64,000 nt of DNA from a virus. The position numbers were made by a program, and so were the translations under genes. The notes under the pieces are model-generated. The model was not told the origin of the DNA. It made no database searches and saw only the letters and a program-made list of their open reading frames with translations. Location of the stretch: IMG/VR virus record IMGVR_UViG_3300047496_000382. One strand, written 5' to 3'. This document shows, piece after piece, positions 46,201-54,278 of this stretch. The stretch's first letter is position 1; each line of letters begins with the position of its first letter.

Positions 46201-49200
46201 GCTCACCACGCACCGTTCGCAGTTCTTCTTCGGCCTTCCGCAGGTCCTTCTTCACGTCGATGCGCTCAAGAAGCAGCTTGATGCCAGCACCGCCGGTGAT
46301 GCCTGCATGCGTGTCCGTGAGATGCCCGTTGGGCGTGATGCCGCGTGTTCCTGCGATGACGGCGTCGTAGTCCTTCTGCGAGAGCCCGGTGAGGTGTCGA
46401 ATCGGGGCTTCGAAGACAGGGTTGGGGAGCGGCTCGGCCAGCGAGATGCGCGTCCACTGTCGACCCCCGTGACCGCCCGTGAGCTTCTCGTCGAAGAGGC
46501 CACCCGTGATGGGCTTCGGGTCGCCGTTCCCGTCGACCTTGTTGCGATGCACCAGCTCTGCAGGCTTCGGCAGCTCCTTCGGCGCGAGCGTTCGAATCTG
46601 GTCATCCGTCAACGGCGTGAGGATGAAGTCATGTCCCTTCTTCTCGAGGTTCACACCTGCACCACGCAGGAGGTCTTCGAATTTCTGGAACGCGAAGGTC
46701 GGCTTCGGCGTAGGCAGCGCGCCACCAGTCGCAATGGCTGCCCAAATGCGTCGATGGTCACTGGGCCACTGCTTCGAGGGGCTCGTGTTCGGGTCCGGCC
46801 CTTCAGACTTGTACGACTGCATCTCACGGATGTTCGCCTTCGCGCCGTGCGCGAGGAGCGCGTAGAGCCCGAGGGTTCCCATCGCCTGACCGCCGGTGTG
46901 CCCACCGCTCGCCGGTTGCAGGTTCGAGTCGTAGGTCTCGTGCTCTCCTGACCCAGGAAGCGGGTCCATGCCGCTGCGCACTGAGAGCTTCTTGTCGACC
47001 TGGTGCACGAGCTTGAGCATGTGCATCGGACCCACAAGCGCGTGTCCGAGACTTTGCTTGGTGACCGGGTCGATGAGCTCCTCGGTGTCGGAGAGCCCGT
47101 GCGTCTTCAAGTCACTCTTCACCCGCGCGAGGAAGTCGACGCCCGGCTCAAAGTTCTCGACGAGGTAGGTCTTGCCCGTCTTCTTGGCGACCTTGCCGGC
47201 GGCCGTCTCGAGCACCTGGCTCACGTTCATGCGCCCAGGAACGCCGCTGGGGTTCAGGGCCACTTCGATGTGCTCGCCGTTGGGCGTGTGCGGCATCTCT
47301 GCGTCAGGGAGGATGCGCGTGACGATGCCCTTGTTGCCGGCGCGTCCGGTGAGCTTGTCGCCGACCTGCATCGGCTCCGTGGTCTTCACGTGCACTGAAA
47401 CACCGTCCGGCCCACGGTGCACACTCACTACCTCGCCCGAGGCGTCCGCGTCCCAGCGCAAACTCTTGTCGGTGTGCGCACCGCTCATGCTGCGCCGAAT
47501 CGCGCTGAGGCCAGTACGGTCCTTCAGACGGAACGGCTTCATGGCCGCAACAAGCGGGTCGCCGGGACTGACTCGGCTACCGACGCGCACGATGCCGTCG
47601 TCGTCGAGCTTTGCGAGCTGGTCCTTCTTGAAGACGTTGTGATGCTCGCGCATGAACGCGGCTTTGTTGAGCTTCGTCTCCCCGTCGACCGCGAGCGTGT
47701 GCTTGTGGAGGTGCTCGCTCGAGAGCTTATCCGCCGCAGACTGGCTGATGACGATGCCGTCCTCGAAGTTGTAGCCACGAAAGGGGATGAACGCGACGCG
47801 GAGGTTCGTACCGAGAGCGAGTGTGCCGTTCTTCGAGAAGTTCGTGTCCGCGACCGACTTGCCCTCCTTCACTTCGTCCCCGACCTTCACCGTCGGCGTC
47901 GAGTGCAGCATCCCCTTGGCATCGTTCAACGGGTAGTGCTGGTAGAGCTGGACCTCGTGCTTCTGTCCGCTCTTGTCCGTGATGACGATGGCGTCCTTCT
48001 TCACCGACGTCACGTGCCCATCGACCGGCGCGACGTGCGACGCGAAGTCCCCGACGACCTGCTCGAAGGTGACCGGCCCCGGGACACCCGTAGAGACCTG
48101 CACCAGCGGCGGCTCACGATGCACCAACGAGATGGCCTGCTCCATCTGCCGGCTGGCCATCGAGGCACGACCGCCGCTGGTGTTCCCCATGAAGGGGATG
48201 AGGTTGGCCGTGATGTTGAAGAGCTGCGCCGGCAATCGCATCACGTAGTGCGCATCTTCGAACTTGCCGTTCTCGATGGCGTTGTTCTTCACGCTCATCT
48301 TCACGGTGTCGGAGATGGGCTTGGGCCGCCCGTTCTCCCAGCGCACCTGGTCGGGGAGCACGACGTTCGCATCTAGGAACGTGGCTGCGTTCACGTGCTC
48401 CATCTCGTGAGTGCGCGTGTTGTAGAGCTGGATGCGCGCCTCGTTGCCGACCTTCTTCAGACCGACGGGCAGGCGGAGCGTGACGCCTGTCTTCGCACCC
48501 TCGGGGGTGTTGATGGGGTCGAGGAAGCCGAGATGGCTCGGGTTCACGAACTTCGCCTCGTCGACGATGCCGCGCTCGCTACGGATGCCGCCCGGTCCCA
48601 TGATGGTCGTCTGCATTGCAGAGCCGAGCATCTCGAGAGGGTTGATTTGCGACGGCGTGGACGAGGCTTCGTTCTCCTTGAAGGTGTCGCGGACCGGGCG
48701 GTCGAAGAGGTCCATCTTGATGATGTCGCGCACCTCCTTCGCCGTGTTGATTTTCCTCTCAATGCGCTTGCGAATCCCAGGACCTGCACCGCGCAACTTG
48801 TCGTAGGCGAAGTCTCCGGCCGAGCGCAGGTCCTTGAAGACGAGGCTGTCACGGTCATCTTCTGGATGGCCGGCCTGGACCTTGAGCATCTTCTCCGTCG
48901 CGAGCCGAATGGCTTCCGACGTCACATGCGTGAGCGGCTTTCCGAGTGTAACGCTGGTGGAGTCAGGTCGGAGCTTTGAGCGCTCCATTGCCTGGTAGAA
49001 GTGAGCCGCTGCCTCCTCGTGCGACGACGGCGCCGTTCCTTTGCTAGTACGGTAGAACGCCTCGAGCGCGGCGCCGACATTGCGCGCGTTCTTGTTGGCA
49101 GTGAGGATTTCTTTCCCCCACGCCTTCTCGAGCTCTTCGTCCGTCGCGCCGAGCGTCTTCAGCAACGGGTACAACGGCGGGTGCGCCTTGTTGTAGTCCA

Positions 49201-49669
49201 TCGTGAAAATCTTCGTGTCCGGGTCGAAGGCGAGGTCGAACCGGCGCCCGTCCTTCACGTTGAACTGACTCTCGAGCTCACCGTTCTGCCTGCGGCGCGC
49301 GTACACGCCAGGCTTGAGCTGCCACTGGTTCGAGACCTGGTACTCCCGCCCATCGACCAAGTAGCTGTGGCGACGCGTGGTCTTCGGAATCTCCGCTACC
49401 CGGATGCGCTGACGGTCGATGAGTTGCCCGGCCTTGTCCTTCAGCGCGAATGTTGCGAAGACAGGTACGGCCCAACTCTCGCCGTTCACCTTCGCGGCGT
49501 GCTGCCCACGAATGTCATCTGGGTGCAGGTCATCCTGCACCTCGAGGTTCTCGAGGTGGAGCGATTGCAGCTTCCCTTGAATGCTCCCATTCGGGAAGTG
49601 ACTGCGAATGCCCTCGAGCACGTGGCTCTTGAGGTCGTCGAATGCGTCCGTCGGGGCGAGGTAGGCCAA
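43223..49669 (-). CDS. rpoBC: single-chain fused DNA-directed RNA polymerase beta-beta' (about 2148 aa, TTG start inferred)
   Basis: beta motifs PINTPEG, GYNFEDGI, GDKLTGRAGNKG, NPSGVPGRMN; beta' motifs LPVMPP, KRDPALH, TADFDGD, RSPLKC...CQKC, GERAVQLTLKAFHTGG; GGAG 6 nt before TTG. Confidence 0.95.
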   Translation of the reverse strand: MAYLAPTDAFDDLKSHVLEGIRSHFPNGSIQGKLQSLHLENLEVQDDLHPDDIRGQHAAKVNGESWAVPVFATFALKDKAGQLIDRQRIRVAEIPKTTRRHSYLVDGREYQVSNQWQLKPGVYARRRQNGELESQFNVKDGRRFDLAFDPDTKIFTMDYNKAHPPLYPLLKTLGATDEELEKAWGKEILTANKNARNVGAALEAFYRTSKGTAPSSHEEAAAHFYQAMERSKLRPDSTSVTLGKPLTHVTSEAIRLATEKMLKVQAGHPEDDRDSLVFKDLRSAGDFAYDKLRGAGPGIRKRIERKINTAKEVRDIIKMDLFDRPVRDTFKENEASSTPSQINPLEMLGSAMQTTIMGPGGIRSERGIVDEAKFVNPSHLGFLDPINTPEGAKTGVTLRLPVGLKKVGNEARIQLYNTRTHEMEHVNAATFLDANVVLPDQVRWENGRPKPISDTVKMSVKNNAIENGKFEDAHYVMRLPAQLFNITANLIPFMGNTSGGRASMASRQMEQAISLVHREPPLVQVSTGVPGPVTFEQVVGDFASHVAPVDGHVTSVKKDAIVITDKSGQKHEVQLYQHYPLNDAKGMLHSTPTVKVGDEVKEGKSVADTNFSKNGTLALGTNLRVAFIPFRGYNFEDGIVISQSAADKLSSEHLHKHTLAVDGETKLNKAAFMREHHNVFKKDQLAKLDDDGIVRVGSRVSPGDPLVAAMKPFRLKDRTGLSAIRRSMSGAHTDKSLRWDADASGEVVSVHRGPDGVSVHVKTTEPMQVGDKLTGRAGNKGIVTRILPDAEMPHTPNGEHIEVALNPSGVPGRMNVSQVLETAAGKVAKKTGKTYLVENFEPGVDFLARVKSDLKTHGLSDTEELIDPVTKQSLGHALVGPMHMLKLVHQVDKKLSVRSGMDPLPGSGEHETYDSNLQPASGGHTGGQAMGTLGLYALLAHGAKANIREMQSYKSEGPDPNTSPSKQWPSDHRRIWAAIATGGALPTPKPTFAFQKFEDLLRGAGVNLEKKGHDFILTPLTDDQIRTLAPKELPKPAELVHRNKVDGNGDPKPITGGLFDEKLTGGHGGRQWTRISLAEPLPNPVFEAPIRHLTGLSQKDYDAVIAGTRGITPNGHLTDTHAGITGGAGIKLLLERIDVKKDLRKAEEELRTVRGEHKVDSVLKRVKYLRALDTANLKPADAYVLHNLPVMPPVLRAVSRLPDGNLQFEGLTKLYSDFAKVNDKLKDPVIAQNLDDAHKQELRESLYDGVKALMGVGIPYEGQKLKGILHQISGSQPKRGYFQRVLINRRQDLTMRSTIVPEPALGLDEVGLPSHAALSLYRPFVIRKLREMGAIQTELQAPALLAKPTPSVWRALDRVMEERPVLLKRDPALHKYSVQGFRARRVEGSAVQIHPLVTGGFTADFDGDSMSAYVPITREAVAEAHKMFPSNNLFSEATGRVMYQPTLESALGLYKLGLVGKETGKTFKNPAQVVEAVQKGHLLSTDVVELDGKKTTPGRVMLAAALPKEMQDTYLHDFNTKVDGKGLDAMLTTLAKNHHELYGDVVNKLKDIGNGAASGSVRLPLPTAAGHAFAFQKFENTHVAVHDPSKNIFVPTGVHTLSLKDFTPDYETRDKVLKAAHAEAASIYASTKIPQADKDRQAINVYKTAGNTMKTLHEEKMKKDPSNLFTMYSAGVKPGWEQYKQMVLAPMIYQDSADQDIPTPVTKSYSEGLDLGSYWTQMHGARRGAVLKVQGVEKPGVMSKLLMQNMMNVLITKHDCGTNKGVALSVQERDIHDRYLQKDFDQDGLHVPAGTLLTPDIVGKIRSVKKDARLVVRSPLKCEEEQGICQKCSGVSSSGDLHPLGTNIGVLSAHTVGERAVQLTLKAFHTGGVREASGSKVVNAFKHFSNLLMLPEHVPNEATLSMVSGKVEKIQPTATGVDIFVGGKRHHVSNDARGMPLHAALPNSRGISGYMPWQPPVVGMQVEAGQHLSDPNRTVVNPRQLFKATNSMERVQGHLVDEIHGLYAKEGIKRRAIETIVRVMGNLTEVTDSGDHPTVLRGEYRPTTTVYKLNAELIAASKKPIEHKPTLKGIEVLPLEMQEDWMAKLQHRHLRETLMEAAATRGVSHIHGTHPVPGMAFGSELGLTKRDASKPGYGHLKDVPEHFY

Positions 49670-49742
49670 TGGTTTCTCCGCGGAACTTCTGGGCCGCAGG
49701 GTAGCTCGCACGCGAGAACACATGCAAGGCAGAACCAAGCGG

Positions 49743-49753
49743 TGGAATAAGAG
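49743..49753 (+). promoter_or_regulatory. candidate phage promoter TGGAATAAGAG
   Basis: Near-identical to 60276-60286; both end 35 nt before an ATG at a divergent junction. Confidence 0.5.
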
Positions 49754-49787
49754 CACTGGAGGATGACACGGCACGGAAGGAGCGAAA

Positions 49788-49916
49788 ATGGGGCCCGAAA
49801 GCAAGGACGCTGGCGCGCTGTTTCAGCGACGCATCGAGCAGATGTTCGAACTCGAGGAGCAACAAGATGACGAAGATGAACCAGAAGAAGACCTCGATGA
49901 AGGGAATACAACGTGA
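49788..49916 (+). CDS. 42-aa highly acidic peptide
   Basis: AAGGAG ribosome-binding site; MGPESKDAGALFQRRIEQMFELEEQQDDEDEPEEDLDEGNTT; absent from the supplied ORF track. Confidence 0.55.
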   Translation: MGPESKDAGALFQRRIEQMFELEEQQDDEDEPEEDLDEGNTT

Positions 49917-50006
49917 AGGTGCTGTTTCTTCTGTTCTTTGGCGCCGGTCTGTTCAACGGTGCGATGCTCTGGATTCGCGAACATCTACGCAGGGAAAGTG
50001 AGCGCT

Positions 50007-50600
50007 ATGCTCGTCAATCCGTACAGGGACCGGCTAGCGACCCTGCCCGGCACGCGCATCCTTGAGTCAACTTTCGACATCATCGGCGCGAAGTTGCTCG
50101 ACCCCCACAACCAGAGCCGCCTCTGGGAAGTGCAGTGCTTGTATGCCCCCCTTCCCGGCCGCGCGCTAGGTGGTTTTCGCGCGCGGCTCACAGACCAACT
50201 CGGATTCATCACCTTCTGCAACCAACGCGACCTCGAGGTGCTCATCGACAACGCCTGCCCTGGTGACTACTGCGGCTGGAACGACACTTACTACGTCGGG
50301 CCGACACACCGCGACTGGTATGGCCTCTGCTGTGACGAGGATGACCTACGCGACGACCTGTTCGAGTACGAGCTCCTGCTGCGCGCACAGTTCGCCGGCG
50401 GCGCGTTGATACCAGCCTTCCAGGGGCAGCTCGACTACGTGCGTCTGCTGCATCTCGGCAACAACAACGACGTCGAGGAGGAGCGTCTCTTCATAATGGA
50501 CTACGACCCAGACACGGGCGCTTTCCCCGACACGACCTTCGAGAACGTCGAGCGTCGATGGATGCGCAACGGCACTTCGAAAGTTCGATGGCATACATAG
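50007..50600 (+). CDS. hypothetical protein
   Basis: Likely start MLVNPYRDRL. Confidence 0.65.
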   Translation: MLVNPYRDRLATLPGTRILESTFDIIGAKLLDPHNQSRLWEVQCLYAPLPGRALGGFRARLTDQLGFITFCNQRDLEVLIDNACPGDYCGWNDTYYVGPTHRDWYGLCCDEDDLRDDLFEYELLLRAQFAGGALIPAFQGQLDYVRLLHLGNNNDVEEERLFIMDYDPDTGAFPDTTFENVERRWMRNGTSKVRWHT

Positions 50601-51208
50601 CCGCGTCCGCTGGCCTACTAGAGAAGACGGGCTGGACATGCACAAGCTGCGACGAGCACATCGAGTACGTCGAAGAAGTCTTCCAGTTGCAGGTTGTGGA
50701 GATGCGCCTCATCGAAGGACACCTCCGCTACTTGCCCATCATGGCGACGAACGGGGACTACCTGTTCGACCCGCAATTCATCTGCTTTCGCTGCTGGGAA
50801 GACGCCTACGAAGACCTGAAGGAGCACGTCGATGACATGCCGTCCCTGGACGACATGGGAAGCATGTTCGCCTGCTCAACTTGCGGTAGCGGCATTCGCG
50901 AAGGGGAGTACACCATCATCGCGACGCTCGGAGAGATGCATCGCTCTCGCCGCGCACCACAAGGACACCACGACCCGACGTTCGTGCCTTCAGGAGCGCC
51001 GACAGTCCTCTGCCTCTACTGCGCGAAGTGTGTCGATGAGCAGTCCATCGATATGTGGATAGGACTGGGACACAACAACGACTGCCTCGAGTGCGCGCAC
51101 GTTCGCTGCTGGCGCAACGACGTGACGTGCGAGTGCCACTGCCACACAGACGACCCCTACGAAGAAGAAGACGTCGAAGACGACACTGAGGAGGACACCG
51201 ATGGCTGA
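50588..51208 (+). CDS. multi-CxxC zinc-binding protein with acidic tail
   Basis: CTSC, CFRC, CSTC, CLYC, CLEC, CECHC. Confidence 0.7.
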   Translation: MAYIAASAGLLEKTGWTCTSCDEHIEYVEEVFQLQVVEMRLIEGHLRYLPIMATNGDYLFDPQFICFRCWEDAYEDLKEHVDDMPSLDDMGSMFACSTCGSGIREGEYTIIATLGEMHRSRRAPQGHHDPTFVPSGAPTVLCLYCAKCVDEQSIDMWIGLGHNNDCLECAHVRCWRNDVTCECHCHTDDPYEEEDVEDDTEEDTDG

Positions 51209-52430
51209 GAAGACCGAGAAGAAAGTGGGCGATGACCAAATCGTGGTGCACAACCTGGAGGACATCCTCCAGATGGCGCTGCTGGTCCCGAAGGATGACC
51301 CGCGAGACCCAGAGTGCCGCTGGGGGGCACCCATCTGCCTCTGGGGCTCGCCAGGCATTGGCAAGTCGGGCCGTGTCGAGGTTGCCGGCACGCGACTCCA
51401 GTTGCCTGTGGAGACGGTCTACCTCGCTACGAGGCAGCCCGAGGACATCTCCGGCGCACCGTTCCAGGACGTCAAGAACGGCGGCATCACTATCGAGACG
51501 ATTCTCGGGGCCGTCCGCACACTCGTCGCCGCGAAGAAGGGCGTGCTGTTCCTCGACGAGCTGTCGTGCGCACGACCCGCCATCCAGGGCGCCGCGCTCG
51601 GTGTCGTCTACGAACGCAAGGTCGGCGACACCGTGCTGCCGCCGCGCGTGCGCGTAGTTGCCGCGGCCAACCCCCCGGAAGAAGCCGCCGGCGGCTGGAT
51701 GCTTTCTCCCCCGATGGCCAACCGCTTCATGCACTTCACGGTGCCTGTGCCTTCTCGCGCGGAGTGGAGCGAGTGGCTCATGGGGAACGACGCGAGAGAA
51801 GACGTCAACCTCGCAGCGAACGAAGCGATGGTTGCCCAGAACTGGGACGTGGTCTGGGCACGCGTGAAGGGCGCCGGCGCGGGCTTCATGCTGAAGAGCC
51901 CGGACGACACGCTCTACGCGCTGCCGCGCGAAGGCAGCAAGGACCGCACGCGCGCATGGCGCTCCCCGCGGTCGTGGGAGCTCGGACTGCGCGCAGTCGC
52001 CACGTGCCGAGCCCTGGGACGTCCGGAGCTCGAGCTCGAGCTGCTCACTGGCTGCGTGGGTCACGCAGGCGCTGAGATGTGGGCGACGTACAACAAGAAC
52101 CTCGACCTCCCGGACCCGAAGGAGATGCTCGAGAAAGGCTGGACGCCGGACAAGATGCGCCTCGACGTCTGCCACGCCGCGTACTCCTCGGCCATCAGCT
52201 ACGCGCTCGACCCAAAGGACAAGAAGGAGCAGCGCGCGCGTGCAATTCTCGCGTGGAAGCTTCTGCAGGGCGGCCTCAACGCGAACATCCCCGACATCAT
52301 CGCGCACCCGGCGAAGACGCTCATGAAAGCGGGCTACCGCGCGTCCGTCGATGCGGAGCTCAAGGCTGTGGCGGGTGAAATCACCCTTCGCTTCGGCCAC
52401 AACAAAATCGCGAACATGGTCTCGCGATGA
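51201..52430 (+). CDS. MoxR-type AAA+ ATPase
   Basis: WGSPGIGKS Walker A, LFLDELS Walker B, VAAANP sensor 1, ANRFMH arginine finger. Confidence 0.9.
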   Translation: MAEKTEKKVGDDQIVVHNLEDILQMALLVPKDDPRDPECRWGAPICLWGSPGIGKSGRVEVAGTRLQLPVETVYLATRQPEDISGAPFQDVKNGGITIETILGAVRTLVAAKKGVLFLDELSCARPAIQGAALGVVYERKVGDTVLPPRVRVVAAANPPEEAAGGWMLSPPMANRFMHFTVPVPSRAEWSEWLMGNDAREDVNLAANEAMVAQNWDVVWARVKGAGAGFMLKSPDDTLYALPREGSKDRTRAWRSPRSWELGLRAVATCRALGRPELELELLTGCVGHAGAEMWATYNKNLDLPDPKEMLEKGWTPDKMRLDVCHAAYSSAISYALDPKDKKEQRARAILAWKLLQGGLNANIPDIIAHPAKTLMKAGYRASVDAELKAVAGEITLRFGHNKIANMVSR

Positions 52431-53929
52431 GCAACCACGAAGAGCGCATCGCAGTCGCGCGCGCCTTCGCCATCTTGACAGCGCCCTACTACATCGCCGC
52501 GATTCACGGGTTCGTGTTCGTGGCGGTGCCCGGGTGTCGCACGATGTTCCTCACGCGGAATCTCATCTGCGGGTACGACCCTGAGTGGGCCGTGCGCGCA
52601 ACGGACGAGGAACTGGCCGCGGACATCATCCACGAGGTGAACCACTTCCTGCGTCGGCACTTCGAGCGGTCCGACACCGTGGCGTACCCAGACCTCTTCG
52701 CTCTCGCCGGCGACCTACCCATCAACTCGGACATGCGAACTGCGGGATGGACGCTCGAAGAAGGCTCCATCTACCCCGAGAGCTTCGACCTGCCCGCCGG
52801 GCTGAGCACAGAGGAGTACTACGAACTCCTGCTCAAGAAGAAGAATGAAGAGGAAGAAGAGGAGAAGAAAAAAGAGAAGGACGAACAGGAGGGCGGCGAC
52901 GAAGAGGGCGAAGGAAAAGGCGGTGCTCCCGGCGGACAGAACAACAAGACCGACGGCGACCAGAAAGGCGCCAGCGGGAAGAAGCCGCAACCGGACCCGA
53001 ATGCCAAGAACGCTGGAGCGGGCAGCGGCAAGCCAGGCAAGGGGCAAAGCACACCCAGCAAAGGCGGTGGCGCGGGTGGCAAGGGCACACCGGTAGATAA
53101 GAAGTGCGCCGCAGGCAACTGCGGGTCCATCGCCGGTCCCTCCCACCCGCTCGAGCAAGCGACGTTGGAGCAGCTCGCTGCAAGTGTTGGCCGCAACGAG
53201 GTCGAACAGAGGGTCATCGAGAAGCAGGTCTCGCAAGCCATCAAGACACACGCAGCGACGAACGGTCGGGGGTCCGTGCCCGCCGACCTTCTCTCCAAAG
53301 CCGAGATGGACGACGAGCCCTCGACCATTCCCTGGCAACAGGAGCTGGCATCGGTGCTGCGCAACACCTCTGGACGCATCCAGTCCGGTGGTGACGACTA
53401 CTCCATCTCGCGGCCATCAAAGCGTTCTGGACTGCGCCGCGGTCTCATCAGACCTGGCCTGGTCGAGCACCTTCCCGAGGTCGGCATCGTCATCGACACC
53501 TCGGGCTCGATGGGTCCGCAGCAGCTCACTGCGGCCGCGCGCGAGGCCTACGCCGTTTGCCAGGCGCTCGGCATCGACGAGGTCTGGTTCTGCGAAGCAG
53601 ACGCCGCCATCTCACAAGACTGGAAGCGCGTCGGTCCTTCCTTCTTCCGCGACCTCGAGATTCGTGGCGGAGGCGGTACTGACTTCGCGCCCGCCATCGC
53701 CAGCGTGGACCGGTTGAACCCCCGACCGGACCTCCTCGTGTACTGCACCGACGGCGACGGCCACGCTCCTAAGCAGCCGCCACCAAATCTCGAAGTCGTA
53801 TGGGCAGTAGTTCCTTCGTACTTCAACCGCGCTCCCGCTCAATGGGGTCACACGGTCATCATCTCCGATGACCTGGGTCGTCGTCGACGCGAGCTCATCC
53901 TCCCAGACGATACAAAGGACACGCCATGA
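52427..53929 (+). CDS. DUF2201-type metallopeptidase-like plus VWA domain protein
   Basis: HEVNH (HExxH); IDTSGSM MIDAS, GGGGTDF, YCTDGDG; charged/Gly linker. Confidence 0.88.
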   Translation: MSNHEERIAVARAFAILTAPYYIAAIHGFVFVAVPGCRTMFLTRNLICGYDPEWAVRATDEELAADIIHEVNHFLRRHFERSDTVAYPDLFALAGDLPINSDMRTAGWTLEEGSIYPESFDLPAGLSTEEYYELLLKKKNEEEEEEKKKEKDEQEGGDEEGEGKGGAPGGQNNKTDGDQKGASGKKPQPDPNAKNAGAGSGKPGKGQSTPSKGGGAGGKGTPVDKKCAAGNCGSIAGPSHPLEQATLEQLAASVGRNEVEQRVIEKQVSQAIKTHAATNGRGSVPADLLSKAEMDDEPSTIPWQQELASVLRNTSGRIQSGGDDYSISRPSKRSGLRRGLIRPGLVEHLPEVGIVIDTSGSMGPQQLTAAAREAYAVCQALGIDEVWFCEADAAISQDWKRVGPSFFRDLEIRGGGGTDFAPAIASVDRLNPRPDLLVYCTDGDGHAPKQPPPNLEVVWAVVPSYFNRAPAQWGHTVIISDDLGRRRRELILPDDTKDTP

Positions 53930-54231
53930 TGGTCGAGAAGAAGAACGACGACATCCCAACGGCCGCGATTCTGCGCCAGCAGGTCCAGAGCTACTACGCG
54001 ACCATCGCGGAGAAGAACGCGAGCGAAGGCCGAAGCCAGGCTGCGGCCGTCGGGAAAGAGGCACTGGACGCCGCGCGCAGCGGGCGCACGTTCATCATGT
54101 GGTCGAAGCCGCTCAACGCGCAGGCACTGGAACTCCTCCAAGCGGCGAAACTCAAGGTCGAAGACCTCGGCGAGCGTGTCGCCACCAGCTGGCGCATCAG
54201 CTGGGACGAGTCTCCGGTCAAGGCGAAGTAG
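53926..54231 (+). CDS. hypothetical protein
   Basis: ATGA coupling to the VWA gene. Confidence 0.6.
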   Translation: MMVEKKNDDIPTAAILRQQVQSYYATIAEKNASEGRSQAAAVGKEALDAARSGRTFIMWSKPLNAQALELLQAAKLKVEDLGERVATSWRISWDESPVKAK

Positions 54232-54234
54232 CAG

Positions 54235-54268
54235 GAACAGCGGGGTGCCTTCGGGCGCTCCGCTGTTC
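54235..54268. terminator. hairpin between convergent genes (likely bidirectional terminator)
   Basis: GAACAGCGGGGTGCC-TTCG-GGCGCTCCGCTGTTC, 15-bp stem with a cUUCGg loop. Confidence 0.75.
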
Positions 54269-54278
54269 TTCTAGCTAC

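Noticed and set aside
43223-49669. Identification as crAss-like, N4 or phiKZ-type RNAP, or as a host chromosomal rpoBC
   Set aside because: Motifs follow bacterial RpoB/RpoC colinearly in one chain, but the context is phage structural genes with no ribosomal-protein operon
35331-49669. Additional inteins in terminase or RNAP
   Set aside because: No Cys1...HN-[CST] boundaries or unexplained insertions of intein size found
49670-49804. Extended RNAP start at 49804
   Set aside because: Overlaps the divergent promoter and peptide, reads as non-protein; TTG 49669 has an RBS
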